From positions 18,414,001 through 18,478,000 of the forward strand of contig NC_043007.1 of assembly GCF_006345805.1 (NCBI RefSeq): a DNA stretch of 64,000 bases. Direction: 5' to 3'. Below are positions 40,530 to 53,544 of the stretch, piece by piece. The notes under the pieces were generated by a model. It had not been told where the DNA came from. It worked only from the letters and a program-made list of their open reading frames with translations, and searched no databases. Each line of letters begins with the position of its first letter. The stretch's first letter is position 1. A program made the translations under genes and the position numbers. Origin of the DNA: Octopus sinensis (taxonomy: Eukaryota).

Positions 40530-41115
40530 TAGTAAGTATGCATACATATGAACATGCATATATACATGCATGCATATATACATGTATGCATACATATATA
40601 CATACATAGCTGTATGCATACATAATACATGTATGCATACATACATATATGTATGCATATATACATAGACACATGCATGAATGCTTGCATACATGCATGC
40701 ATAATACATAGATGTATGCATACATACATGCATACATACATATATACATGCATGCATACATACATGCATGCATACATATATGCATGCATACATACACACA
40801 TGCATACATACGTGTATACATACATGCATGCATGCATACGTACATGCATACATGCATGCATTCATTTATACATACATGCATGCATACATACATACATACA
40901 TACATGCATGCATACATACATGCATACATTCATACATGCATGCATACATACACACATGCATACATACATGTATACATACATGCATGCATACATACATGCA
41001 TGCATGCATACATACATACATGCATACATGCATGCATTCATTTATACATACATGCATGCATACATACATACATACATACATACATACACACATACACACA
41101 TAAATACATACATAC
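40530..41115. repeat. (CATA/TGCA)n compound tetranucleotide array
   Basis: Direct inspection; source of the 241-aa and other spurious ORFs. Confidence 0.95.
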
Positions 41116-41900
41116 AAGGGATTCTATATGGTTTCTGTTTACCAAATACACCCACAAGAGACTGGTCAACCTTGATCAATAGCAAGTGCCCAAGCTGCCA
41201 CGTCGTGGGACTGAACTCAAAACTACGTGGTTACAAAGTGACTATTGAAACAATCCAACCAGGCTTGCAAGATATGAAAGGAATGTTTCTTTACAATTTT
41301 CTTTCAAATCTTTTACGTGAACAACTTCCGCTCTATGCGGCATCACATGCATGACAAGATCTATGGTTATGCAAAAAAAAGCAAAATCAGTGAATTAAAA
41401 GCTAAAATGCAATAAAACTGTGTTCATGCTGTTTTATTTAGTTATTTGATTTTTATTTTAGATTTTTTACATGATTTATATTTTCCAGATATTGAATTTT
41501 ACAGTAGAAAGAAAAAAATTAGTGATCGGCAAAAAGCTGAAATGTAATAAAAAGGCTTTCCTCAAATATCTTTCAGGGATTCATGTTATATCAATTACAA
41601 ATGCTAATTGTATTCAAATACAGACAATGGCATAAAGAAGCTCTTTCACATGCATACACAGGAAATTATAAATCTACCGTTACCTCCATAAAGCCCCAAT
41701 GTTTTGCAGCTGACAGCACCTTTTATTCCTTACTCAACGTTCAACTCCCAAACATCATCTGCTAACACCAGAGAGACCTGACCTCAACCATTCAGTCCCA
41801 TTGCACAGCACCCTGAGCAAGTGTCTTCTATTTTAGCACAAGGTTAGCCAACGCCTTGTGAATTGATCTGGTAAACAGAAATTGATAAAGGTTCCTTATA

Positions 41901-42413
41901 TCTATATATATAAAACTGTAGTTGTGTGAGTGTCTGTCCCCTTCGATTTAGATTCCTAACTACTCCCACATTTTGCGGTGCAGTTTAACCAAATTCGGGT
42001 ATCTTATAGTCGTGATTCATATCAAGCCCGTCTGGGTATTAGCGTGCGTCTATGATGAGTCTACGATTTAAAAAATAATTTACCATCATTTTTTATTCCA
42101 TTTTAATGCATATTTTTTCGTGTGTCGATGGCGGCGGAGTTGGCGTCCATGGTCACAGCTGCACCTGTGTTGCTTCTCCCCCTTCTTCCCTCCCTCGTGA
42201 AGCTGTGGGGAAAGAGTGTAAGGAAATCAACGTCGTAAAGCGTTGTCAAGGAGACCAGCGTTCTTTTAGAACAACGACTTCATGGCTTGAAGACACCAAA
42301 ACAGAAATGGCTAAGAAAGCCCGAATTGGCATCTATAAGGGAAGTAACTCTCTAAAAATGCTTATATAGTTATTTCCCTTACAAACACGAGCAACGCTGG
42401 GCGATACTGCTAG
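41901..42413 (+). mobile_element. Non-autonomous Helitron family 2 (second copy 47135-47648, minus)
   Basis: A|TC...gagcaacgctgggcgatactgCTAG|T; same 3' terminus as family 1, different interior. Confidence 0.8.
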
Positions 42414-42459
42414 TATACATATATATAGATTTGGAATGTTATATATATATATATATCGG

Positions 42460-42697
42460 TAAAAGTAATATGTGACAATTATTCGGTAGCCAAGATAAAA
42501 CTCTGAGTTTTGGATGGCGAGGTGGAAATCCACACTACCATCTCTTCAGTTATCCGGCCATCGGAAAAACGCTATGCAAAACGACCGTTATACTTAGCAT
42601 TTTTCCAATGGCCGGATAACTGATGAGATGGTGATGTGGATTTCCACCTCAGCATCCGAAACTCAGAGTTTTTATCTTGGCTACATATTACTTTTAC
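42460..42697. mobile_element. Foldback element carrying two inverted hammerhead-like motifs (42494-42554 minus; 42615-42676 plus)
   Basis: About 95-bp imperfect inverted arms; right arm GAUAA-CUGAUGA-GAUG...CAUC-C-GAAA-CUCAGAG-UU-UUUAUC; left arm CUGAAGA with AAAA in place of GAAA. Confidence 0.55.
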
Positions 42698-42865
42698 AGA
42701 TAAATTCTTCTATTTACATAATATTGAGGTCTCTTTCTTTCTCTTGTTATCTTACCATTTTTACCAATATATATATATATATATAACAAAACTGGGAGGA
42801 AGGGAAGTGGGACGAAACGACGAATCGAATCGACCCTGACGCAAATGCGCTGTCAGACAATAATG

Positions 42866-42897
<32 letters not shown>

Positions 42898-43272
42898 GTT
42901 TAGCGTCCGTTTTCCATGCTAGCATGGGTTGGACGGTTCTACTGGGGTCTGTGAAGCCAGAAGGCTTCATCAGGCCCAGTCAAATCTGGCAGTGTTTCTA
43001 CGGCTGGATGCCCTTCCTAACGCCAACCACTCCGTGAGTGTAGTGGGTGCTTTTTACGTGCCACCCGCACAGGTGCCAGACAGAGCTGGCAAACGGCCAC
43101 GAACGGATGGTGCTTTTTATGTGCCACCGGCACGAGGGCCAGGCGAGGCTGGCAATGGACACGAAACAGGGCGGTGCTGGCAACGGTCGCGAAACGGAAG
43201 GTTCTCTTACATGCCACCGGCACTGGTAACACATCTGCAATTTCCATTGATCGATTTCCTTTCATCGATTCT

Positions 43273-44106
43273 GTAATAAATAAAATATATGCATGCATAC
43301 AAACATATATGTACGTACCTACATCTACACGTTCGCGTCAGGGCCGATTCGATTTGTCGTTTCGTCCCACTTCCCTTCCTCCCAGTTTTGTTATATATAA
43401 TTGAGACGCGATAATTCTCTCCCTTTGCTTTGCCTTCCCCGCTCTCTCTCTCTTGCTCACTCTTCCCCTTCTCTCTCTTGCCGCTTCTCTTCTTCTATCT
43501 CTCTCTCTCTCTCTCCCTCTCTCTTCCTCATCTTCGCCACTCCTGGCCACTTCCTTTCGCCTCCTGCTTTCAAGCTGAAAGGACATGTTCCCTAGTGCTG
43601 CTACTACAACATCCTCGTCTTGCCAAACAAAGGCCTTTTCGTTTTGTTTTTCTCGTTTGTTTTCTTGTCTTTTTATTTCTTGTTTTGCATTTTCTTGTAC
43701 GTGTATTTTTATCTTGTATTTTATTTTGCATTTGTATCGTTTTTACATCCTGTTTTTGTCACATGTTTTTCTTGTCTGTTTTTGCCCCTATGCGAGGTTA
43801 TTTTATTTTAATTCTCTTGCAATGAAGGACTAGTTGACGAGTCGTGTCCTGTTTTATCCTTCGAAACACGCTTGAGTTAGCTAGAGACAGCTGATGAACT
43901 GGGGATTTTTCCTCTGTGGTTTGTCCTGTACCTTGTTTTTCTGTTGTAAAAAATATGGCTTGTCCGTTTTCGTTTTTCGTTGAGTTCTATGTCTAGTTGC
44001 AGTGTCCTGTACTCACGTATATATATTTATATATGCATGTATATATACATGTAGATGTAGGTACGTACATATATGTTGGTATGCATGCATATATTTTATT
44101 TATTAC
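43273..44106. mobile_element. Element bounded by about 55-bp terminal inverted repeats
   Basis: taataaataaaatatatgcatgcatac..acatatatgtacgtacctacatctaca mirrored at 44050-44106. Confidence 0.5.
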
Positions 44107-44423
44107 ATATATATATATATATATATTATGTGAAATAGAAAGATGAATAATCTTGTAGCAGATTAATCAAAAGTTTAACCGATACCTTGGTAGCAAAAAT
44201 CACAGCAGAAGACAGCACGGTTGGAGGTACAACCATATGGTGTTGCAACCGTGCGTTGGTGCGGATAATTGAAATTAAAATATTATTGGTGAATTGAAGA
44301 AATGGAGCTGAACGAAGATTGAACAGAAATCGTTTTATATCATTCTACACGTGTTCGAAACACGTGTAGAATGAAATAAAACGATTTCTGTTCAATCTTC
44401 GTTCAGCTCCATTTCTTCAATTC

Positions 44424-44467
<44 letters not shown>

Positions 44468-44470
<3 letters not shown>

Positions 44471-44694
44471 GGCCAAAAGTCACCTGACAGTGAATCAAAA
44501 TTTCATAAATACTATCTGTAATTCTGTATTCACTTGAATGGGAAAAATGTTTCACTCAAGAAGGATTTCAGATTGAATTATTTCCATGGTATTTCATATT
44601 TAGATGCTTTTATTAAATTCATTCAGTTGTTAAACATAAATAAATCTGGGAATTAAATGGTTTTGATTTACTGTCACATGGCTTTTGATCAACC

Positions 44695-44697
<3 letters not shown>
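44468..44697. mobile_element. Tc1/mariner-type MITE inside (TA)n
   Basis: Imperfect TIRs ggccaaaagtcacctgacagtgaatcaaaa versus gatcaaaagccatgtgacagtaaatcaaaa (reverse complement); TA-flanked. Confidence 0.55.
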
Positions 44698-44764
<67 letters not shown>

Positions 44765-44950
44765 AGAGTTTACGAAAAAAACAAAAGACGAAGGCAGGTG
44801 GTGTACAAAACAAACAGATGTATTAATATAACACTCAGGAATAGAAAGAGTCTTTTATGTTTTGAGCCTACGCTCTTCTACAGAAAGGGACACAGAAAAA
44901 ACAAGGAGAGAAACAAGGAAAGAAAAAAATGTGTGTAGTGGCTACGATCT

Positions 44951-45044
<94 letters not shown>

Positions 45045-45950
45045 GCAATGACAGGAAACTGAAACCTTTGGAAATATGCTGTGATTGAGAAGATCCAACA
45101 ACTAAAATGAGATCAAGGCCATGGCCAATGCCAGCATGTCTGGTCCATTAAGAAGTACTCTTGATGCGTCGGGCGATATGATTTGTTTGAGAAGACCTGT
45201 TGTGTCAAATAAAACCAAAATCGTAGCTGTGGCCAGTGCTCCCTGACTGGCTCCCCATGCCAGTGGTACGTAAAAAGCACTATCCGAATATGATCGATGC
45301 CAGTGCTGTCTAACTGGCTCCTGTGCTGGTGGCATGTAAAAAACACCCACTACATTCTCAGAGTGGTTGGTGTTAGGAAGGGCATCCAGCTGTAGAAACA
45401 TTGCCAGATCAGATTGGATTCTGGTGCAGCTACTGGCTTTCCAGACCTCGGTCAAACCGTCCAACCATGCATAATGCGCTGAAATTTAATGAACAAACTG
45501 TCAGCAGAAAGCCATTCATTTAATAATTTGAAATTTGGACAACAAATCACAAGTAGATTAAGCATTTGTATAAGTGCTGCAATATTTTGTACAAACAGGC
45601 TACTAAATGAACAAATTTTGTAGCAAATGGTCTTCCTGAAAGGAAGTATGTTCAGCTAACAAGCTGAAATTTGAACAATAAACTACATTTGACAATGCAG
45701 AAATATAAGTGGGCTGGAGAACATATATAAGTGATTTGTTAAGATCCATGAATGCAGTTTATGTAGCTTGCTATTTTGCACATTTTATTTACAAAGGAAT
45801 ATTTCTCTTTTTGTTTTTTTACTAAAAACATGACCATAAGCTAACAGAAACCAGACAAAGAGGATCACACACACACATACACACACACACACATGCACAC
45901 ACGAATATATAATGTATCTTTCTCTCTCTCTCTCACTTTATCTATCTATC

Positions 45951-46026
<76 letters not shown>

Positions 46027-47989
46027 CACTTTGTGGTACCAGTGCCGGTGGCACACAAGAGAACCATCCGAACGTGGCCGTAGCCAGTTCCGCATCGACC
46101 GGCCTCCGTGCTGTGGGCACGTAACAAACACCATCCGATCATGGCCGTTCGCCAGCCTCATCTGGCACCTGTGTCGGTGGCACATAAAAACACCTTCCGA
46201 AGACCCGGCAAGACTAGTCAGTCCACCTGTGCATACCTTCCTTCTTGTGACACTTGTGAAGACCGGTTGAGGCAAGTGAAAATCAAATCAAATCAAATCA
46301 AAATAGACAAAATAGATGAACATCAATGGAATTTGTATCTTGTGGTACCAGTGCCTGTGGCACACAAGAAATCCATCAGTGCTGTAGTCAGTGCGGTGGG
46401 CACATGACAAACACCATCCGATCGTGGCCGCTCGCCAGCCTCATCTAGCACCTGTGTCGGTGGCACATAAAAACACCATCCGAAGACCCAGCAAGACTAG
46501 TCAGGCCATAACCCATGGCCCCTACCTGGGACGTAGTCAGTCCACCTGTGCATACCTTCCTTCTTGTGACACTTGTGAAGACCTGTTGAGGCAAGTGAAA
46601 ATCAAAACAAATCAAAATAGATGAACATCAATGGAATTTGTATCTTTGTGGTACCAGTGCCGGTGGTACGTGGCACACAAGAAAACCATCCGAACGTGGC
46701 CGTAGCCAGTACCGCATCGACTGGCCTCCGTGCTGTGGGCACGTAACAAGCACCATCCAATCGTGGCCGTTTGCCAGCCTCATCTGGCACCTGTGTCGGT
46801 GGCACATAAAAACACCATCCGAGCGTGGCCGTCTGCCAGCCTCGTCTGGCACCTGTGTCGGTGGCACATAAAAACACCATCCGAGCGTGGCCGTTTGCCA
46901 GCCTCGTCTGGCACCTGTGTCGGTGGCACATAAAATCACCCACTACACTCTCGGAGTGGTTGGCGTTAGGAAGGGCATCCAGCTGTAGAAACACTGCCAG
47001 ATCTGACTGGACTGGTGCAGCTTTCGGGCTCCCCAGACCCCAGTTGAACCGTCCAACCCATGCTAGCATGGAAAGCGGACGTTAAATGATGATGATGATG
47101 ATGATGATGATATATATATATATATATATATATACTAGCAGTATCGCCCAGCGTTGCTCGGTTTTGTAAGGGAAATAACTATATAAGCATTTTTAGAGAG
47201 TTACTTCCTTTATAGATGCCAATTCGGGCTTTCTTAGCCATTTCTGTTTTGGTGTCTTCAAGCCATGAAGTCGTTCTAAAAGAACGCTGGTCTCCTTGAC
47301 AATGCATTACGACGTTGATTTCCTTAAACTCCCTTCCCCACAGCTTCACGAGGGAGGGAAGAAGGGGGAGAAGCAAACACAGGTGCAGGTGTTTGAGCGT
47401 GGACGCCAACTCCGCCGCCATCGACACACGAAAAATTATGCATTAAAATGGAATAAAAAATGATGGTAAATTATTTTTAAAATCGAAGACTCATCGGAGA
47501 CGCGCGCTAATACTCAGACGGGCTCGATATGAATCACGAATATAAGATACCCGGTTTTGGTTAAACTGCACTGCAAAATGTGGGAGGAGTTAGGAATCTA
47601 AATCGTAGGAGACAGACACTCACACAACTACAGTTTTATATATATAGATATGAAAGAAGGTTTGAAAATGCAATTTTAAAGATGTTTATTCACTTGACCG
47701 ATTTCGCTTTTTTTAGAAAAAGATTGTCAAAAGTAAAATGTAAAGCTTTGTAAAAGCTTTGTTGTGTCAAGTACTGGTTGTCACAAAAGTATTAAAATAC
47801 TTATATACATTCTTTGGTTATAATAAGAAAATGTTAAAAACAGTTAACAAGGAAATATCTGAGAAAATATTAAACAATAAGTATTAGGAGTTCAATAAAA
47901 ATCATGTTTGTTTGGAGGTATCTATATACATACACAGAAAATCCTACACTTTCTCCCTTGTTTGCCCCGTGACTTTATTCTTTGCACTG

Positions 47990-48260
47990 GTACATTTTCA
48001 TGAGCATAGCACTAGGGGATGGTTAGTATCCCTCACCATTCCCCTGTGGACGGAGTGCTGTTGATTCCATTGCTGCATCAGCACAAAAAGTTGCTGCACC
48101 ATGCATGGTAAGAGTATCTAAAATCTCTAAGGTGTGTAGGCTAAGTATGAGAGGGAGTAATGGCTGAAGAAAAACCAAGAATGAGTAGTTGAGGGAGAGA
48201 GTATAGGATGTATAGAGGATGGCCATTAACTTAGGCTGTGAAGATTTTGGTTAGGTGACC
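47990..48260 (-). mobile_element. Highly degenerate LINE apurinic endonuclease remnant
   Basis: LQPLLPLIL followed after a frameshift by RDFRYSYHAWCS...SNG, resembling the GDFNAHH..WGS...G motif. Confidence 0.35.
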
Positions 48261-48565
48261 TAGGAGGGGGATAACAAAGAGAGGGGGGGAAGAGTAGGAG
48301 AGGAGGGAGAGAGGGGAGAGAGAGAGAGCTTGGACAGACAGACTTACAGACAGAGGGACAAGGACAGAGAAGAATATCAGAAAGACCAGAATGAGAGGGA
48401 AGTTAGAAGCAAGAGTATCCTCCTCCTCCTCATCATCATCATCATTAGGCAGGAGCTGGCCTGCTGGAGACCTGCCCAGAATCTAGTCATCTGTTTTGGC
48501 ATGGTTTCTAAGGTTGGATGCCCTTCCTAATGCCACCTTATATGTAAGCCTATTTATAAACACCC

Positions 48566-48614
<49 letters not shown>

Positions 48615-49804
48615 GTGGGGATGTGTGTGTATGTGTTTTGTTTGTGTGTATCTTTATCCTGACATAATGTGATTATTGTAAATGAGCATCACCAACATAC
48701 AAGTGGTGTTGTTAATTTCCAGTCCTAAACATGTTTAGTTATTAGAGAATATCACTTTGCTTGGAAACAGGTGACGGCTGATAAACAGGAAGATCATATG
48801 GCTGTAGAAAAGCTCCTTCAACAAGTTTCATCTGATTCATGCAAGCATGGGGAAGTGGATATTAAACGATGATGATGATGATGATATCTCTATATATCAA
48901 GTTGAAGTTGTCTGTGTGTGGCAGGTTTGGTAGTCTTCAACTAACACTATCTCCTCCGAGACCCTGTGGTGCAAGTTGACCAAAATTAAGAGTATGATAG
49001 AAGATGGCTTGCTCTTCCTTCCGTAGAAAAAAAAAATTCAAATCGGACCATGTTAACACCAAAAATTATTTACATCAAAAAGGTGCTTTTTTTCTATGAA
49101 AATCCCTATTTTTTACGATTTTTTGACTGCTGTGTCGCCATTTTTCGGTGTATTTCAACCAGAAAAATGTTCACTTAAAGAGAATAACAAGCTACATAAT
49201 GCAAAATTTTTACTTTTCAAAAATTCCAATTCTAAAGGGTCAAAACAAACCCGAGCAACGCCGGGTGATACTGATAGTATTATTATATTGCTGTATTTCA
49301 GGATGGTCATTTTTTTGCCAAATAAACACACGCACTATATATTCGTTCTTCACTCATTTATTACTATTCTTATTGTAATTCATGTCCATTGTCCAGAAGT
49401 CTTTCATCACACATCTGTGACCTCTTCAACAACACTTTCTGTCCTCGTGTGTGGACTTGTTCTGCTCAAGCAGAGCACACAAATTCATACGCGTATTATT
49501 ATATTGTATGTATATATATATAAGTACTGTATATAAGCAAGTATATAAATAAGTATTTACTTTTAATGTACATCTAGTGCCACATACAAAAAAAAAGACG
49601 CCCATGCTGGAGCCACATAAAAAACACCTGTGCTGGTGCCACATAAAAAGCACCCAGCACACTCTGTAAAGTGATTGGCAGTAAGAAGGGCATCCAGCCA
49701 TAGAAATCACACTAAGACAGACAATTGGAGCCTGGTGCAGCTCTCCAGATGGCCAGCTCTTGTCAAACTGTCCATCCAATGCAAGCATGGAAAACAGACA
49801 TTAA

Positions 49805-50024
49805 GCCTTTTGTTACTGTATTTATTTTGAGATGCTCTGTGTTTCTTTCAATTACTTTAAATACACCAAAGAATTTAGTAAAATAAATTAGTTCTCATTA
49901 AGCTAGTGTTAGGAACATAAATTGTGACTAAGGTTTGGTGGAAGATTTTAATTCAAAACTTACGAAAACAAGACATTTGTACTCAGAGTCAGAGTCGGTT
50001 TCAGCCGGGTTGGTAACGAAAGGG
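49805..50024. mobile_element. Second piggyBac-type MITE family with TTAA duplication, in a SINE tail about 100 bp upstream of exon 50129
   Basis: TTAA-GCCTTTTGTTAC...GTAACGAAAGGG-TTAA. Confidence 0.7.
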
Positions 50025-50128
50025 TTAAATGATAATGATAATGATGATTATCTTACCAATTTTGAACAATAAAATTCCTTATTCTTCTTTGAAAATTCTT
50101 ACCACTGACGTTTTTTTTTATATTCCAG

Positions 50129-50159
50129 GATGATTACAACTGTACCTTTGGTAAATTAG
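50129..50159 (+). CDS. Receptor exon DDYNCTFGKL (phase 0 to 1)
   Basis: Acceptor ttttttttatattccAG; donor tag|GTAAGA at 50160 (alternative in-frame donor GTAAAT at 50151); NCT sequon; in frame with the next exon. Confidence 0.7.
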
Positions 50160-51319
50160 GTAAGATTTAATTCTTTTACTCTTGAATATCTTGCAGGAGA
50201 GATCTTTTATCTTTTACTTGTTGTGGTCATTTACTCTGTGGCCATGCTGAAGCACTGCTTTGAAGAATTTTAGTTGGATGAATTGACTCCAGTACTTTTT
50301 TATGTTTTTAAAAAACCTGTACTTATTCTATTAGTCTCTTTTTGGAGAACCACTAAGTTACAGGAATGTAAACATAGCAACACTGGTTGTCAAGTACTGG
50401 CAGACTCTGTCTCTTATGATGACAAGGGTTCCAGTTGATCCAATAAATGGAATAGCTTTGATCGTGACATTAACGTGTAAGTGGCTGAGCACTCCACAGA
50501 CACATGTGCCCTTTCACATAGTTCTCAGGGAGATTCAGCATGACACAAAATGTGACAAGTCTGGTTCTTTGAAATACAGATACCACTCATTCTTGCCAGC
50601 TGAGTGAACTGGAGCAACGTGAAATGAAGTGTCTTGCCCAAGGACACAACGCACCACCAGGAATTGAACTCATGACCCTATGGTCATGAGCTGAATACCC
50701 TAACCACTAAGCCATGTGGCTTCATGTTGTCAAGTATGGGATGGGGATACAGACACAAATATATACACCCAAAGATATATATATATATAATGTGTGTCTA
50801 CATTACCACCACCACCTCCACCACTGTCACCTCCACCATTATCCTCATCGTATTGATATTCATCACCATCTTTCTTATTGTTATTGTCATTGTCATCATC
50901 GTCATCATCACTACCATCAGAGACGTGTTTTTCCATCTGGTTCATGAGAATTTGCAAAGATAGTGGGCCTTAATCTTCTCAGTGTTAAATTCTCCTCTGC
51001 CACCACCACCACCACCACCAACAACAACTACACCACCACCACCACCACCACTACCACTCCTAGTACCATCACCACCAGTGCCACTTCTACCGCTACCATC
51101 ATCCTCATCCTCATCACCATTTCAGCCAATCACATCATCTTCAACATTATCGTGTTGACTCATTCTCATTATCATCATCATTGTTACCCACCACCACTAC
51201 CACCAACAACAACATCATCATCATCACTTCACTATTGCCACTATTAATGTCGTATCACCATCATTATCATCATAACCAACACCAACATCACCACCATCAT
51301 CATCATAATCACCTTCAAC

Positions 51320-51838
51320 ATCACGTGTAACCAAGAGAATACCCTCCATCAGGCATTTGCCATATTCTGAATGCCTTACTTCCCTGGGCATGGATACATT
51401 GAAACTCCGACGTCTGGCAGCTGACTTGGCAGACATCCATAAAATTATTAACCATCTTACAAACAATAACTCTGAGCACCTTTTCAAACTCCACCTGTCT
51501 AACACCCGTGGACATGTTTACAAAGTCAGAAAACAGCACAGCTCCCATGACTTTCGGAAACATTCTTTCACGCTAAGAGTTGCTGAAGCATGGAACAAAC
51601 TGCTGGCATCAGTTGTTAGTTGTCGGAGCACTGCATCCTGCAAAACTTCCATGCTTCCTGAGATTCACCAACACTACACCTGATTTTCTCCCCTCCATAC
51701 ACACGCAAGCATGTATCTGACTCATACACTGTTCACTTTCCAGACATTTGTACATTACTGCATATGCTTTATACGCACTTTTGACAAGTTGTGGTGCACC
51801 TGAGCACTGTATACAATAATTTCATTATTATTATTATA
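51320..51838 (+). mobile_element. CR1/L2-type LINE 3' end (RT C-terminal region plus 3' UTR)
   Basis: YSECLTSLGMDTLKLRRLAADL...TRGHVYKV...RKHSFTLRVAEAWNKL, followed by a UTR ending in (ATT)n. Confidence 0.8.
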
Positions 51839-52073
51839 ATGAGGTTTATCTAACAAAATTTTAATTTCGTTCTGATCAAATTATTTTTTTAAGGGATCAT
51901 ATGTAAACATACCCAGCTTTATATGGAACTGGTCAAATTTAGCTGGTTTAAATTTCCTGATCAATTTGGAGAAAATATTTAACTCCCATATTTGAAAGGT
52001 AAAGAATACATGCTATCTTCCTCAAAGAGAGGTGATATTTAGAACCTAAAAATGAATTTTCTCCCTTTTTCAG

Positions 52074-52187
52074 AAAACTTCCATGCACTTGCTGGTCAAT
52101 ACAGTTCCTTTCAAGATGGTCAGTTCTCAGAGAAGTTGAATGGCAACAAGATTTGGAGCCAACTTAAATGGAAAGCACCATCACAGG
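52074..52187 (+). CDS. Receptor ectodomain exon ENFHALAGQYSSFQDGQFSEKLNGNKIWSQLKWKAPSQ (phase 1 to 1)
   Basis: Acceptor ttttctccctttttcAG, donor agg|GTTAGT, 114 nt open; FN3-like LKWKAP motif. Confidence 0.85.
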
Positions 52188-52438
52188 GTTAGTAAAATTT
52201 AAAAAAAATTTTAATTATCAACTTTTGATGGATATTTGTCCTCATCTTGTTTGTTGTTAACACAACGTTTCGGTTTCGGCTGATATACCCTCCAGCCTTC
52301 ATCAGGTGTCTTGGGGAAATTTCGAACCTGGGTTCTCATTCCTAAAGTATTTTTCGATATTATCATTATTATTATTCAGGTCACTGCCTGGAATCAAACT
52401 CGGAATCTTGTCATAGTTTTAAAGTAGACTTTAAAACT

Positions 52439-52471
<33 letters not shown>

Positions 52472-52780
52472 TTGATGATGATAATGATGATGATGATGGT
52501 GATGATGATGATGATGACAACGATGATGATGTTGTTGATGATGATGATGATGATGATGATGATGACAATGATGACGACGATGACGATGACGTTGTTGATG
52601 ATGATGATGATGATGATGATGACGACGACGACGATGACGATGATGACGACGATGACGATGATGTTGTTGATGATAATGATGATGATGATGATGATGATGA
52701 TGTTGATGATAATGATGATGACGACGACGATGATGACGATGACAATGATGACGACGATGACGATGACGTTGATGATGATG

Positions 52781-52826
<46 letters not shown>

Positions 52827-52886
52827 CGATGATGACGACGACGATGATGACGATGACGATGATGACGACGATGACGATGACGTTGT

Positions 52887-52924
<38 letters not shown>

Positions 52925-53006
52925 CTGCTGATGATGTTGATGATGATGATGATGATGACGACGACGATGATGATGACGATGATGACGACGATGACGATGA
53001 TGTTAT

Positions 53007-53039
<33 letters not shown>

Positions 53040-53147
53040 CGACGACGACGACGACGATGATGATGATGACGACGACGATGATGATGACGATGATGACGAC
53101 GATGAGGATGATGTTGTTGATGATGATGATGATGATGATGATGATGT

Positions 53148-53188
<41 letters not shown>
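52439..53188. repeat. 750-bp imperfect (GAT/GAC)n array filling most of intron 52188-53263
   Basis: Direct inspection; recurring higher-order block gatgacgacgatgacgatgacgttgttgat. Confidence 0.95.
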
Positions 53189-53190
<2 letters not shown>

Positions 53191-53263
53191 ATAGACTACA
53201 TAACTTTAAACCATCACTCACCTACTCTTTTTTTTAATCTGTTTTTCTCTTCTTTGTCCACAG

Positions 53264-53364
53264 AGAAAGTCAAAGGCTTCTTAATAATCCTTGTGAACAA
53301 CACCTGGGAAGAATATTTCTTTTATAACTTGACTCAAGATGAATTTCTCCAGAATAATTCTGAG
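53264..53364 (+). CDS. Receptor ectodomain exon EKVKGFLIILVNNTWEEYFFYNLTQDEFLQNNSE (phase 1 to 0)
   Basis: Long polypyrimidine tract ending cacAG, donor gag|GTATGT, 101 nt open, three N-glycosylation sequons (NNT, NLT, NNS). Confidence 0.85.
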
Positions 53365-53508
53365 GTATGTTTTCTTGTAGAATTCCTTATTTTATCAATA
53401 TTTTTGTGAATTCTTTTTTTTTTTTTTTACATATACATATTTTTCTGTAGCTGCAAAAGCAGTTTGTGGTGGTGGTGGTGGTGGTGGTGGTTCTGCATAT
53501 GGTAGTTA

Positions 53509-53544
<36 letters not shown>

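Noticed and set aside
40452-41354. 241-aa and overlapping MHAYIHT-type ORFs
   Set aside because: Tetranucleotide satellite; stop-free by composition.
43820-43905. GAAA...CTGATGA arrangement suggesting a type II hammerhead
   Set aside because: Helix III has a mismatch and stem I cannot form next to the core.
46700-46935. CRISPR-like regularly spaced repeats
   Set aside because: Units are contiguous tandem copies without unique spacers, inside a SINE in a eukaryotic context.
49096-49536. 146-aa ORF close to exon 50129
   Set aside because: First half is Helitron family 1; second half looks like repeat-derived UTR with no usable splice pair.
52439-53194. 251-aa poly-Met and poly-Asp/Ser ORFs
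   Set aside because: Pure (GAT)n array, no splice signals linking it to the gene.
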